NCBI GenBank assembly: GCA_965195285.1
Contig: CBDAFS010000059.1
Location: 1 to 64,000 of the forward strand
Length of the DNA: 64,000 bases
Source of the DNA: an uncultured Aminicenantes bacterium
GTDB lineage: Bacteria > Acidobacteriota > Aminicenantia > UBA2199
Reading direction: 5' to 3'
The translations under genes were made by a program, and so were the position numbers. The notes under the pieces were generated by a model, which searched no databases, was not told where the DNA came from, and was given only the letters and a program-made list of their open reading frames with translations. Shown here in pieces: positions 1 to 8,497 of the stretch; position 1 is the first letter of the stretch, and every line of letters begins with the position of its first letter.

Positions 1-402
1 GGCAGTTTTCATGACGTGGACTCATCGGATATGGCCTTTAAAATCGCGGCTTCCAAGGCCTTCAAAAAGGGTATGAAAGAGGCCAAGCCCACCATACTGG
101 AACCCATCATGAAAGTGGAAGTGATTATTCCCCAGGAATACATGGGTGATATCAATGGAAATCTGAGCGGCAGACGGGGAAAAATCCAGGGCATGGAATC
201 AAAAGGGAAGAACCATGTGGTTAAGGCCCTGGTACCCATGTCCGAAATGCTGGATTTTGAGCCGACCCTAACCTCCATAACCGGTGGACGGGGTAGCTAT
301 TACATGGAGTTTGATCACTATGAAGAAGTACCGGCTCACCTGCAGAAAAAAATCATTGCCGATGCGGTTCAGGACGGCCGCGTAAAGGAAGAGGAAGAGT
401 AA
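1..402 (+). CDS. fusA: Elongation factor G, C-terminal part (5' truncated by window); probably an EF-G2-type paralog
   Basis: Frame reads GSFHDVDSSDMAFKIAAS...ILEPIMKVEV...GDINGNLSGRRG...TGGRG...FDHYEEVP (EF-G domains IV/V); not followed by tuf. Confidence 0.93.
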   Translation, partial: GSFHDVDSSDMAFKIAASKAFKKGMKEAKPTILEPIMKVEVIIPQEYMGDINGNLSGRRGKIQGMESKGKNHVVKALVPMSEMLDFEPTLTSITGGRGSYYMEFDHYEEVPAHLQKKIIADAVQDGRVKEEEE

Positions 403-414
403 CTGGTTTATAAA

Positions 415-1389
415 ATGATGCGGGAAAAAGAACTCACCCTCAGACCGGTGGTGAGTGGGCTCTATGAGATGGATTCCTTATATTTGGGCTGGCAGGCCTT
501 TGCTGCCTGTTATATCCTGGAGAAGGATGGTGAGATTGCCATTATTGAAACCAATACCAATCATGCTGTCCCCCTGTTGTTAACATCATTGGAATACCTG
601 GGCTTTGATAAAGAACAGGTCAGGTATGTCATCGTTACCCATGTGCACCTGGATCATGCCGGAGGGGCCGGCAAGTTAATCAGCCTGTTGCCCCGGGCCC
701 GGTTGGTGGTTCACCCCAGAGGGGCCAGGCATATGACTGCTCCGGAACGATTAATTTCCAGTGTCAAACAAGTCTATGGTGAAAAAAAATACCGGGAATT
801 GTACGGCGATATTTTAGCGGTTCCGGAGGAGCGGATTTGGGAGGCTATAGATCAGGATACCCTGGAACTGGGGCAGGGACAATTAAAGATACTGGAAACC
901 CCGGGTCATGCCAAGCACCATTTTGTTGTATTTGATCCGGACTCGAAATCACTGTTTTCAGGTGATGCCTTTGGAATCGGTTACCCCCGTTTCCAGGCCA
1001 ATGGATATCAATGGATTTTCCCTTCCACTGCTCCGGTTCAATTTGATCCCGAAAGGGCCAAAAAGTCGTTCAAGACGATTATGGATTTAAAACCGGAGCG
1101 AATCCTGCTGACCCATTACGGGAGTCTGGAGGATGTGGAAGCTGCGCATCATCAATTGAACGACTGGATCGATTATATGGTCGAAAGGGCCCGGTTGAGG
1201 GTCAAACCGGATCAGGATATTGATATGTTGGCTGCCCAGCTGGCTGATGATTTCTGGTCTCAGGCTGATTCCAATCTGAAACAGGCCCGGGGACATGGTT
1301 TGAGCGAGAAAGACAGGGGATTCCTGAAGCTGGATATTGATTTGAATGCCCAGGGCGTGGCCCATTATATTCATAACCTTAATCACTAA
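415..1389 (+). CDS. MBL-fold metallo-hydrolase
   Basis: THVHLDHAGG (HxHxDH), TPGHAKHH, FSGDAFG and LTHYG motifs. Confidence 0.9.
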   Translation: MMREKELTLRPVVSGLYEMDSLYLGWQAFAACYILEKDGEIAIIETNTNHAVPLLLTSLEYLGFDKEQVRYVIVTHVHLDHAGGAGKLISLLPRARLVVHPRGARHMTAPERLISSVKQVYGEKKYRELYGDILAVPEERIWEAIDQDTLELGQGQLKILETPGHAKHHFVVFDPDSKSLFSGDAFGIGYPRFQANGYQWIFPSTAPVQFDPERAKKSFKTIMDLKPERILLTHYGSLEDVEAAHHQLNDWIDYMVERARLRVKPDQDIDMLAAQLADDFWSQADSNLKQARGHGLSEKDRGFLKLDIDLNAQGVAHYIHNLNH

Positions 1390-2088
1390 ATGGATCCGGA
1401 AACCATGGTTGTCGAGGCCAAACAGATTACCAAGAGCTTCATCTTACCGGATAAATCAAAACTGACCGTGCTTAAGGATCTTTCGCTGGAGGTTGAAAAA
1501 GGAATTGTCCTGGCCATCACTGGTGTTTCCGGTTCAGGCAAGAGCACCTTGCTTCATCTCATTGGCGGTCTGGATAGCCCTGACCGGGGCGATATCCTGT
1601 TTAAGGGCCGGAGTATTCTGGATGATGATGACCAAACCAAGGCGTTGTACCGAAATCAGAAAATCGGTATTGTTTATCAGTTTCATTACCTGATGCCGGA
1701 ACTGAATGTGATTGAAAATGTGGCATTTCCCTACTTGATGAATGATTTCGACTGGGAAACCGCCTCTGACCGTGCCTTGGAACTTTTGGATGCGGTGGGT
1801 TTGAAGGACAAGCGAGAGATCATGCCCCATCAGCTTTCCGGTGGTGAAAGACAGCGGGTGGCCATTGCCCGGAGTCTGATTAATTCACCGAAACTTTTGC
1901 TGGCTGATGAACCCACCGGGAATCTGGACTGGAAAACCGGAGAAAAAGTTTTTCAACTGTTCAGGGAATTAATTGCTGAAAAAGAACTGACCGCCATTAT
2001 CATGACCCATAATGAGCAGCTGGCCGGCCTGGTGGATCGCAGGTTGCACTTGCAGGCCGGAAAGCTGGATGAAATTCCTGCCGGTTGA
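1390..2088 (+). CDS. lolD: ABC transporter ATP-binding protein, LolD-like
   Basis: Walker [41 protein letters not shown]. Confidence 0.8.
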   Translation: MDPETMVVEAKQITKSFILPDKSKLTVLKDLSLEVEKGIVLAITGVSGSGKSTLLHLIGGLDSPDRGDILFKGRSILDDDDQTKALYRNQKIGIVYQFHYLMPELNVIENVAFPYLMNDFDWETASDRALELLDAVGLKDKREIMPHQLSGGERQRVAIARSLINSPKLLLADEPTGNLDWKTGEKVFQLFRELIAEKELTAIIMTHNEQLAGLVDRRLHLQAGKLDEIPAG

Positions 2089-2116
2089 TAGAGGGATTGG
2101 GAAGCCAGCTTTCATA

Positions 2117-2145
2117 TTGACTTGATTCCTGAATGGTGATATCCT
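2117..2145 (+). promoter_or_regulatory. Sigma70-type promoter of tRNA-Leu
   Basis: TTGACT-17 nt-TATCCT with extended TG, 10 nt upstream of the tRNA. Confidence 0.7.
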
Positions 2146-2155
2146 GATCAAACCT

Positions 2156-2237
2156 GCGAGAGTGGTGGAATTGGCAGACACGCCAGATTTAGGATCTGGT
2201 GCCTTCGGGTGTGGGGGTTCGAGTCCCCCCTTTCGCA
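2156..2237 (+). tRNA. tRNA-Leu(TAG)
   Basis: GCGAGAG/CTTTCGC acceptor stem, anticodon arm CCAGA-TTTAGGA-TCTGG, long variable arm, TTCGAGT T-loop; CCA not encoded. Confidence 0.96.
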
Positions 2238-2370
2238 TTTGCTGATCCATTAACACAACTTCTCTCCAGGATCGGTACTCTCCGGGATTATTTGCAGGAT
2301 TCCTGATCAACCATTTGAAATTTATTTGGTTTTGTTTTAATATTTTTTTTGGGGAAAAAAGAGACATAAC

Positions 2371-3846
2371 ATGGAACATCAAGGACAAATTCTGGTGGTG
2401 ATGATTGCTTATGTGGTCCTGCTGGTAATGTGGGGACTGTATCAGGGCCGGAAAGTCAAAACCGATTCCGATTATTCCATTGCTGGAAGAAACCTGCCCG
2501 GCTGGGTGGCCGCCCTATCAGAGCGGGCCACCGGTGAATCTTCTTGGGCCTTGTTGGGTCTGCCCGGAATGGCTTATGCTACCGGCCTGACGGAAATTTG
2601 GACAGCGCTGGGTTGTGTGGCCGGGATTATCACTGCCTGGGCAGCCATTGCCTGGAGGCTTCGGGATGAGGCTGAAAAATACCAGGTGAACACCTTTACC
2701 GAGTTCATAGCCAAAAGGCATCCCGAAATGAGTCAGAAGATTCGCATGGTGGGCAGTCTCACCATTGTTTTTTTCTTCTTCTTTTATGTGGGGGCCCAGT
2801 TTTTAGGGGGCGGGAAAACCCTCCATACCATTTTCGGGATTGATCCCAAACTGGGCATGTTGATCACAGCCGTCATCATTATTCCCTACACCATATACGG
2901 TGGTTTTCGCAGTGTAGTCTATACCGATGTGATTCAGGCGATTATCATGATTGTCACCCTGATCGTCGGACCAATCGTGGGAATTATATTTGTTGCCAGT
3001 CATCCGGAATTGTTTGCCCAGTCCATCCCCCAGGCCCTGGCCAAAGCCGGTTCCACTTATAAATCCCTGACCGGCGCAGCCACTGGATTTTCGGCCGGGG
3101 TGGTTATCATGTCCGGCTTTTCCTGGTTCTTCGGGTATCTGGGTGGTCAACCTCAGCTCAGTATGCGGTTCATGGCTATCAAAGATCCCGGCCAGGCCCG
3201 GCTTGCCCGTTATATCGGTATTGTCTGGACAGTGATTGCCTATATGGGAGCGCTTTCCATTGGCTGGTTAGGCATTGCCATATTCGGACCTGGCGGACTC
3301 AATGACCAGGAGTATGTGATGCCGGCGGTATTGTTGAAGATATTTCCCCCGGCCATTGCCGCGGTTTTAATTACCGGGGCTATTGCGGCCATGATTTCCA
3401 CGGCTGATTCGCTGTTGATTCTTTCGGCTTCCGAATTGTCCGAAAACATCATTAAACCGGCATTGAAACCCGGTCCGAAAAAGGAGAAAGCCAGGCAATC
3501 GCTGATACATTCCCGGCTGGTCACTGCCGGCCTGGCCGCTGTGGCCCTGATTCTGTCTTATTTTTCACCATCCAAATTGATCTTCACCCTGGTGAGCTAT
3601 GTCTGGGCCGGGATTGGAGGAACCTTTTCGGTGGTGATTCTGCTGACCCTGTTCTGGAAGCGTTTTCACGGAAAGGCGGTCATTGTCACCATTATGGTGG
3701 GATTATTGTTTACCATAATCTGGAGTGTGACCGGAATGGATACCCGGATTACCTCACGCCTATTGACCTTCCTGGTCACCGGTCTGACTGCCATCTTGGT
3801 CACATATGCCTTTCCGGTAAAACGAGTTCCGGAAAGTGACCAATAA
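2371..3846 (+). CDS. putP: Sodium:solute (proline) symporter, PutP-like
   Basis: About 13 TM; AGRNLPGWVAALS, SSWALLGLPG, GGFRSVVYTDVIQ, GYLGGQP, AAMISTADS. Confidence 0.85.
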   Translation: MEHQGQILVVMIAYVVLLVMWGLYQGRKVKTDSDYSIAGRNLPGWVAALSERATGESSWALLGLPGMAYATGLTEIWTALGCVAGIITAWAAIAWRLRDEAEKYQVNTFTEFIAKRHPEMSQKIRMVGSLTIVFFFFFYVGAQFLGGGKTLHTIFGIDPKLGMLITAVIIIPYTIYGGFRSVVYTDVIQAIIMIVTLIVGPIVGIIFVASHPELFAQSIPQALAKAGSTYKSLTGAATGFSAGVVIMSGFSWFFGYLGGQPQLSMRFMAIKDPGQARLARYIGIVWTVIAYMGALSIGWLGIAIFGPGGLNDQEYVMPAVLLKIFPPAIAAVLITGAIAAMISTADSLLILSASELSENIIKPALKPGPKKEKARQSLIHSRLVTAGLAAVALILSYFSPSKLIFTLVSYVWAGIGGTFSVVILLTLFWKRFHGKAVIVTIMVGLLFTIIWSVTGMDTRITSRLLTFLVTGLTAILVTYAFPVKRVPESDQ

Positions 3847-3952
3847 AACATTTTCCTTATATCATGATCGTTAATATTTCAATACAATCGATGTAAGGAA
3901 TCAGCTGAGGTCAAAAGGATCGTTGCCCGGACCAGAGAAATGAAGTAATATA

Positions 3953-4549
3953 TTACCGTTCCAGTTCCCAGTTACCGCTGGCCGAACCGGGTTCGGCTGC
4001 CCAGGTTCCGCTCATTTGGTTATCATTTTCAATGGTGCCGTTAAATCTGAGTACACCGCTCCCGTAATTAAGTTCAAAATTGATGGTATCACCGCTGATG
4101 CTGTAAGTGCCGTTACCGGTGCTGCTCATATAATCGATATCTCCTGTGACATTGCCCGAGTATATTCCACCGGTGAATGTGCATTCCATATTGCTGTCAT
4201 TATATGTATAGTACCAAGTTCCAGTCCAGGTGCCGGCAACGTTGAAGACCTCCTCGGCCGTCACGGTCAGAGTATGATTGGCGTTCATGGTAATGGTGCC
4301 ACCGTTTCCCACAGTGGCTCCGTCTAGGGTCACTACCAGGTTTTCGTAACCCGTTTGCGGGGAATAGCTGTAGTTGATCAACTCGTTTTCATTGTAGGAA
4401 TAGGTTCCGGTAGCCGGGGTTCCACTCACGCCAGTGGCTACAGTCACGGTCAGGGTGTATTGACCCGCATCCTCGGATGTGGTGCAGCTTTGGTACAGAA
4501 ACAACGATAATGCTATAATTAAAAACAGGATAAAAATTTTACTTTTCAT
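3953..4549 (-). CDS. Hypothetical beta-rich lipoprotein (paralog of 6511..7089)
   Basis: Signal peptide ending YQSC; Thr/Gly-rich beta strands; SD GGAGGAG; TTGACA-17-CATAAT promoter at 4578-4606. Confidence 0.8.
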   Translation of the reverse strand: MKSKIFILFLIIALSLFLYQSCTTSEDAGQYTLTVTVATGVSGTPATGTYSYNENELINYSYSPQTGYENLVVTLDGATVGNGGTITMNANHTLTVTAEEVFNVAGTWTGTWYYTYNDSNMECTFTGGIYSGNVTGDIDYMSSTGNGTYSISGDTINFELNYGSGVLRFNGTIENDNQMSGTWAAEPGSASGNWELER

Positions 4550-4676
4550 GCTCTCCTCCTAATGGTTTGAAAAATCCATTATGGAAGAAATAAAATCATA
4601 TGTCAAGAAATGGAGGAAAATTTGATATGGCTTGATTTTCTTTTCTCGTAGTACTATTATAGTTGAGGCAGGTTTC

Positions 4677-5099
4677 ATGAATCCAGACGATTTGAATAAA
4701 AGAGAATCCAAACGAATCCTGTTTTCCATAGAGGATGATATCACGGCCGATGTATACCTTCCCAATAAGCCCAAGAAGGCGGTCCCGGCATTTATATTGA
4801 ACATTTCCGAGCAGGGTATGGGAATCCTGATCCCCAGCCGGAACATAAAAAAGTTGAAAACCGGAGATTCCCTGATCTTGAGGTCCATCATGACCCCCAA
4901 ACCCCTGGATCATATTGATTTTGCCGAACTGGAGGTCAGAAATATATTGCGAGACGATCAGCTGGAATATGCAACCCTCAATTGCGAGTTTTTCGATATT
5001 TCGGTTCACCACCGAAAAAAAATCAAGCAGTTTGTCCATTACCTGTTGAATGATATCGGCAGTCAAATATTTAAAAAATCCTTCACCTTCAAGTATTAG
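4677..5099 (+). CDS. PilZ-domain (c-di-GMP-binding) protein
   Basis: RESKR (RxxxR) and NISEQG ([D/N]xSxxG); start moved to ATG 4677 after GAGG. Confidence 0.8.
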   Translation: MNPDDLNKRESKRILFSIEDDITADVYLPNKPKKAVPAFILNISEQGMGILIPSRNIKKLKTGDSLILRSIMTPKPLDHIDFAELEVRNILRDDQLEYATLNCEFFDISVHHRKKIKQFVHYLLNDIGSQIFKKSFTFKY

Positions 5100-6325
5100 T
5101 TTTTTAAATCCTGGATCGAATATTCATGTACTTTTTGATTCGGGAATGCATAGCAGGGATTTCCCCGGTAAATAGATAAGGTTCCCCTGTGGATGTCGAT
5201 CAGGGCGGTGGCCAGGGTGATCCCTTTTACTTCTCCCCGGGGATGGCGGCAGGGTGAATAGGGTAACCTGCTATGACTGGAAAGGATGTCTTTAATATTT
5301 TTTATTTGAACTCCGCCTGAAAGGGTCAGAATCTGCAATGAATCAGATATGGTCTCATATCTGGGTAAAGATGATGAACGGACATATTCCATATCCTGCG
5401 GGGTGGCTTTGGTTTTATCCAGGATCAGATGATTGGTGTGAAAATAGAGATGATCCGGTTCGACAATTTGATGGTTGTGGGGGGTCACTTCTACTGAATA
5501 TATTTTATTTTCTGTCAGTGAACCCAGGTTGTGGTGGTAGGCGAATGCCCTTTCTGGGCGGGTTACGATTTCGATGGCTTCTTTCAGGGACTTTGCCTCA
5601 AGTACGGCCCGGCCCAGGAAGTAGCGGGGAATACCAGGTCGACAATGTTTTCCGCTGATGAAGTTGGTGGTCTGAAAAACACCATGGTTATTCAGGGACG
5701 GGCCGTTGCCCATCAGAAAACCCGGATAGGTCAAGGTCAGAACCGTGACCCCTGAGGGCAGGGTGGCTTTGACCATGAACATCAGGTCACGGTAAGCTTG
5801 ATGGCCGTCTTCGTTGTGAAAAAGTAATTTCCGTTCTCGGCTATTCCAGTAGATGGTGGAACATCCCGGTATTTCGGCCCTGGTTTCAGAGGCCAGCTTG
5901 GCACTCATTTCAGCGTGAATGTTCAATAGGAAAAGGTCTTGAAAGGGGACTTCGGCGCCGCGGGACATTCCCCTCAATTCTTTCATCAGATGCGGATAAT
6001 GGGTTTCAGCCTGAATCTGGAGATGCTGGGCCAGCTGATCCGGGTCCTTTTCCGAATATGTCCTGATTTTTTGCAGCCAGCTTTTCCTCCTGGTCAGAAC
6101 CAGCTGAGTTTCCCTTTTGAAAAAGCTGCCGATGGCATAACCAATTTCCTGGTAATCTCCGGAAATTTCCAGTAAGGGAAAGGATTTTGAGGTGGGAGGG
6201 GAAAACCGGATATTGGACCGGTTACAGGGACAGCAGGAGCTCATTATCAGCATCATGAGGCTAATCGTCAGAATCAGTCTGGCCGTACAGAGCATTTTAT
6301 TGGTTGTCATGGGGATTTTCATCAT
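5096..6325 (-). CDS. Peptidase C45 (AAT-like Ntn hydrolase), probably exported or lipid-anchored
   Basis: G|CSTI autocleavage site, FHNEDG, HTNH; N-terminal hydrophobic stretch with SSCC. Confidence 0.85.
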   Translation of the reverse strand: MMKIPMTTNKMLCTARLILTISLMMLIMSSCCPCNRSNIRFSPPTSKSFPLLEISGDYQEIGYAIGSFFKRETQLVLTRRKSWLQKIRTYSEKDPDQLAQHLQIQAETHYPHLMKELRGMSRGAEVPFQDLFLLNIHAEMSAKLASETRAEIPGCSTIYWNSRERKLLFHNEDGHQAYRDLMFMVKATLPSGVTVLTLTYPGFLMGNGPSLNNHGVFQTTNFISGKHCRPGIPRYFLGRAVLEAKSLKEAIEIVTRPERAFAYHHNLGSLTENKIYSVEVTPHNHQIVEPDHLYFHTNHLILDKTKATPQDMEYVRSSSLPRYETISDSLQILTLSGGVQIKNIKDILSSHSRLPYSPCRHPRGEVKGITLATALIDIHRGTLSIYRGNPCYAFPNQKVHEYSIQDLKN

Positions 6326-6510
6326 GATTTAATCATCAGAGAAAAGAGATTCATTGTCAAGAAAAAATATTAATTTTATGTCATTTTAAAACCAAACCCC
6401 CATTTTTTCCGTCAAGTGGATATTGAACTTGAAAATGTGATGTTTTTAAGGTAAAATAATGTCTAAACATCATCCGGTTATGGTTGATCTGAAATAATGG
6501 AGGATAGGTC

Positions 6511-7089
6511 ATGAAACTGAAAAATTGGAATAAATTGTGTTTTCTTTTTGTGATGGCCCTGCTGATCATGTTCCACGGCAGTTGCGGATGGAAAACCACC
6601 GAATTTACTTTAACCGTGGTGGTTGGAGAGGGGATCAGCGGAGTACCGGAAAGCGGGACCTATGTTTACCAGGAGTTCGAAGAAATTGAGTATAAATATG
6701 AAATCGAGGGTGATAGCATCCAGCCTGAGATCTATGTGAACAATTACAGAAGACTGATTCTGGAGGGCACACTGATCATGTATTGCGATACCACCCTGAC
6801 CGTCGAACAGATTGACCTCCGCAAGGAAGAATGGAATATGGTTTTTTCCGAACAGGATGTCGATGATGTTGAATGGAAAATTACTTTTTCGGGACCGGAT
6901 CTCCGTTCCGGGACCTTCAGCGATAATCGGGGTTATACCGGGATCTGGGAAGTGAGCGGCAGCAATAACCTGACCATTCGCTATGATGACTGGGCCGATT
7001 ATGTTTTTACCGGCACTCTCAGTTCACTGGGCGGTAATTGGGAAGGAGAGGGGAAATCAGGATCCTGGTACATATACCAGTATAATTGA
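6511..7089 (+). CDS. Hypothetical beta-rich lipoprotein (paralog of 3953..4549)
   Basis: Signal ending HGSC; SD GGAGG; FTLTVVVGEGISGVPESGTY matches YTLTVTVATGVSGTPATGTY. Confidence 0.8.
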   Translation: MKLKNWNKLCFLFVMALLIMFHGSCGWKTTEFTLTVVVGEGISGVPESGTYVYQEFEEIEYKYEIEGDSIQPEIYVNNYRRLILEGTLIMYCDTTLTVEQIDLRKEEWNMVFSEQDVDDVEWKITFSGPDLRSGTFSDNRGYTGIWEVSGSNNLTIRYDDWADYVFTGTLSSLGGNWEGEGKSGSWYIYQYN

Positions 7090-7110
7090 TTCTAGTTTCT
7101 ATTTTTTAGG

Positions 7111-7605
7111 TTGAATTTGACATCGAGTAATAAGGACACCCAAACTTGGGGGTTACTAAAACGACTGATTCTCTTTGCTTTTTTGTTGGGTTTCATTTTT
7201 GTTTCCTGCCGGTTCAGACAGGAACCGGATAAAATCTGGAACCTCCGTGATAAAATCAAAACATTGAGTCTTGACCTGGTGGGCCTTCCCTACCGAATCG
7301 GTGGTAAGGAAATCACTGGTTTTGATTGCAGTGGTTTTGTATATTACGTTCTCAGCTCGTTTGGCATTGAGATTCCCCGCACTGCCAAAAAGCAGGGTGA
7401 CATGAAAAACAGTATCCGGCTTAACAAAGCCAGAACCGGTGACATTCTGGTATTTAAGCTGAAAAGAGGCTGGCATTCGGGTATCTATATCGGGGATAAC
7501 CACTTTGTCCATGCCCCGAATCAGAACAGCCAGGTTCGGAAAGAAGAATTGACGGCTTTCTGGGTATCCCGGCTGAAACGGGTCATTCAGATCATTGAGG
7601 GATGA
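7111..7605 (+). CDS. NlpC/P60 (C40) cell-wall peptidase lipoprotein
   Basis: GFDCSGF, IPRTA..Q, GDILVF, HSGIY, FVHA; lipobox FVSC. Confidence 0.9.
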   Translation: MNLTSSNKDTQTWGLLKRLILFAFLLGFIFVSCRFRQEPDKIWNLRDKIKTLSLDLVGLPYRIGGKEITGFDCSGFVYYVLSSFGIEIPRTAKKQGDMKNSIRLNKARTGDILVFKLKRGWHSGIYIGDNHFVHAPNQNSQVRKEELTAFWVSRLKRVIQIIEG

Positions 7606-8299
7606 CCGGGGGGTTGTTTTTCCCTGTTTTTTCCAGTTTAATGGTTATCTTGATCAACTTCTGGCCTTTGATCTCAATGGTTCTTTTGGAACTCTGATAT
7701 CCGGGTTTGATTACTTCCAGGGTATATGTACCGGACTTCAGTCTGAGGTTTTCGATTTTGCCCGTTTCCGGAGCAATTCCCCAGAATTTGCCATTCAAAT
7801 AAATCGCGGCGTCGGCAGGTTGTATCTCCAGGATAATATTGTTAGCAGACAGGTTTGATTCCACCTGGGATTTGGATTCCGTGACAGGCTCCTTGACCGG
7901 TTCGGTCTTGACCATGTATTCAGGTTTCTCCGCTTTTGGAACAGATTTTTCCTTCTGGATTTCCGGTATCAATGCGTGGTCCTCTTTCATCTGTAACTGT
8001 ATGACAATATTTCTGGAGGAATACTGGTGCAGGTCAATCATTATCTCTTTATAACCCTCTTTCTTAATGACTATCTCAGAATTTTTAGAGGTTAATTCCA
8101 AAGCCGAATGGGGGGTGGAAAACTCAAAGGTTTCCCCGATAAATCGACCGTTTAGCAGGATATGGGCATCATCGGGTTGAACCCGGAATATAATCCTATA
8201 TATCCGATATTCGGTTTGATAGAGGTCGTCCCAATGCATGAGGCAGGCCGGCATCAGAATCAGGATACTGAGAAAAGAAAGAATCATTGTTTTTTTCAT
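7592..8299 (-). CDS. PEGA-domain lipoprotein (two PEGA repeats)
   Basis: QPDDAHILLNGRFIG...KKEGY and QPADAAIYLNGKFWG...IKPGY; lipobox MPAC. Confidence 0.85.
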   Translation of the reverse strand: MKKTMILSFLSILILMPACLMHWDDLYQTEYRIYRIIFRVQPDDAHILLNGRFIGETFEFSTPHSALELTSKNSEIVIKKEGYKEIMIDLHQYSSRNIVIQLQMKEDHALIPEIQKEKSVPKAEKPEYMVKTEPVKEPVTESKSQVESNLSANNIILEIQPADAAIYLNGKFWGIAPETGKIENLRLKSGTYTLEVIKPGYQSSKRTIEIKGQKLIKITIKLEKTGKNNPPVIPQ

Positions 8300-8391
8300 G
8301 GCTGTTATCTCCTTATACTATTTTAATGATAGTCAAAATAGTTTTTTTTATCAAAATTTATTTTGATGATTTCTGTTCCCGAATAACGGGA

Positions 8392-8407
8392 AGCAATTCT
8401 GATGCCA
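8392..8407 (-). promoter_or_regulatory. Sigma54 (-24/-12) promoter upstream of the PEGA gene
   Basis: Minus strand TGGCATCAGAATTGCT = GG-N10-GC with TGGCA and TTGC. Confidence 0.7.
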
Positions 8408-8497
8408 GTCAACCGGATTGAAACTGCAACTTTTTTAGGACACTGTTTCCTGATTTTTTGCGATTTCATGACATGGGATTCAGGACTTGGAATTCGG

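Noticed and set aside
1969-2388. 139 aa minus-strand ORF
   Set aside because: Antisense to the lolD end and tRNA-Leu; no protein motif
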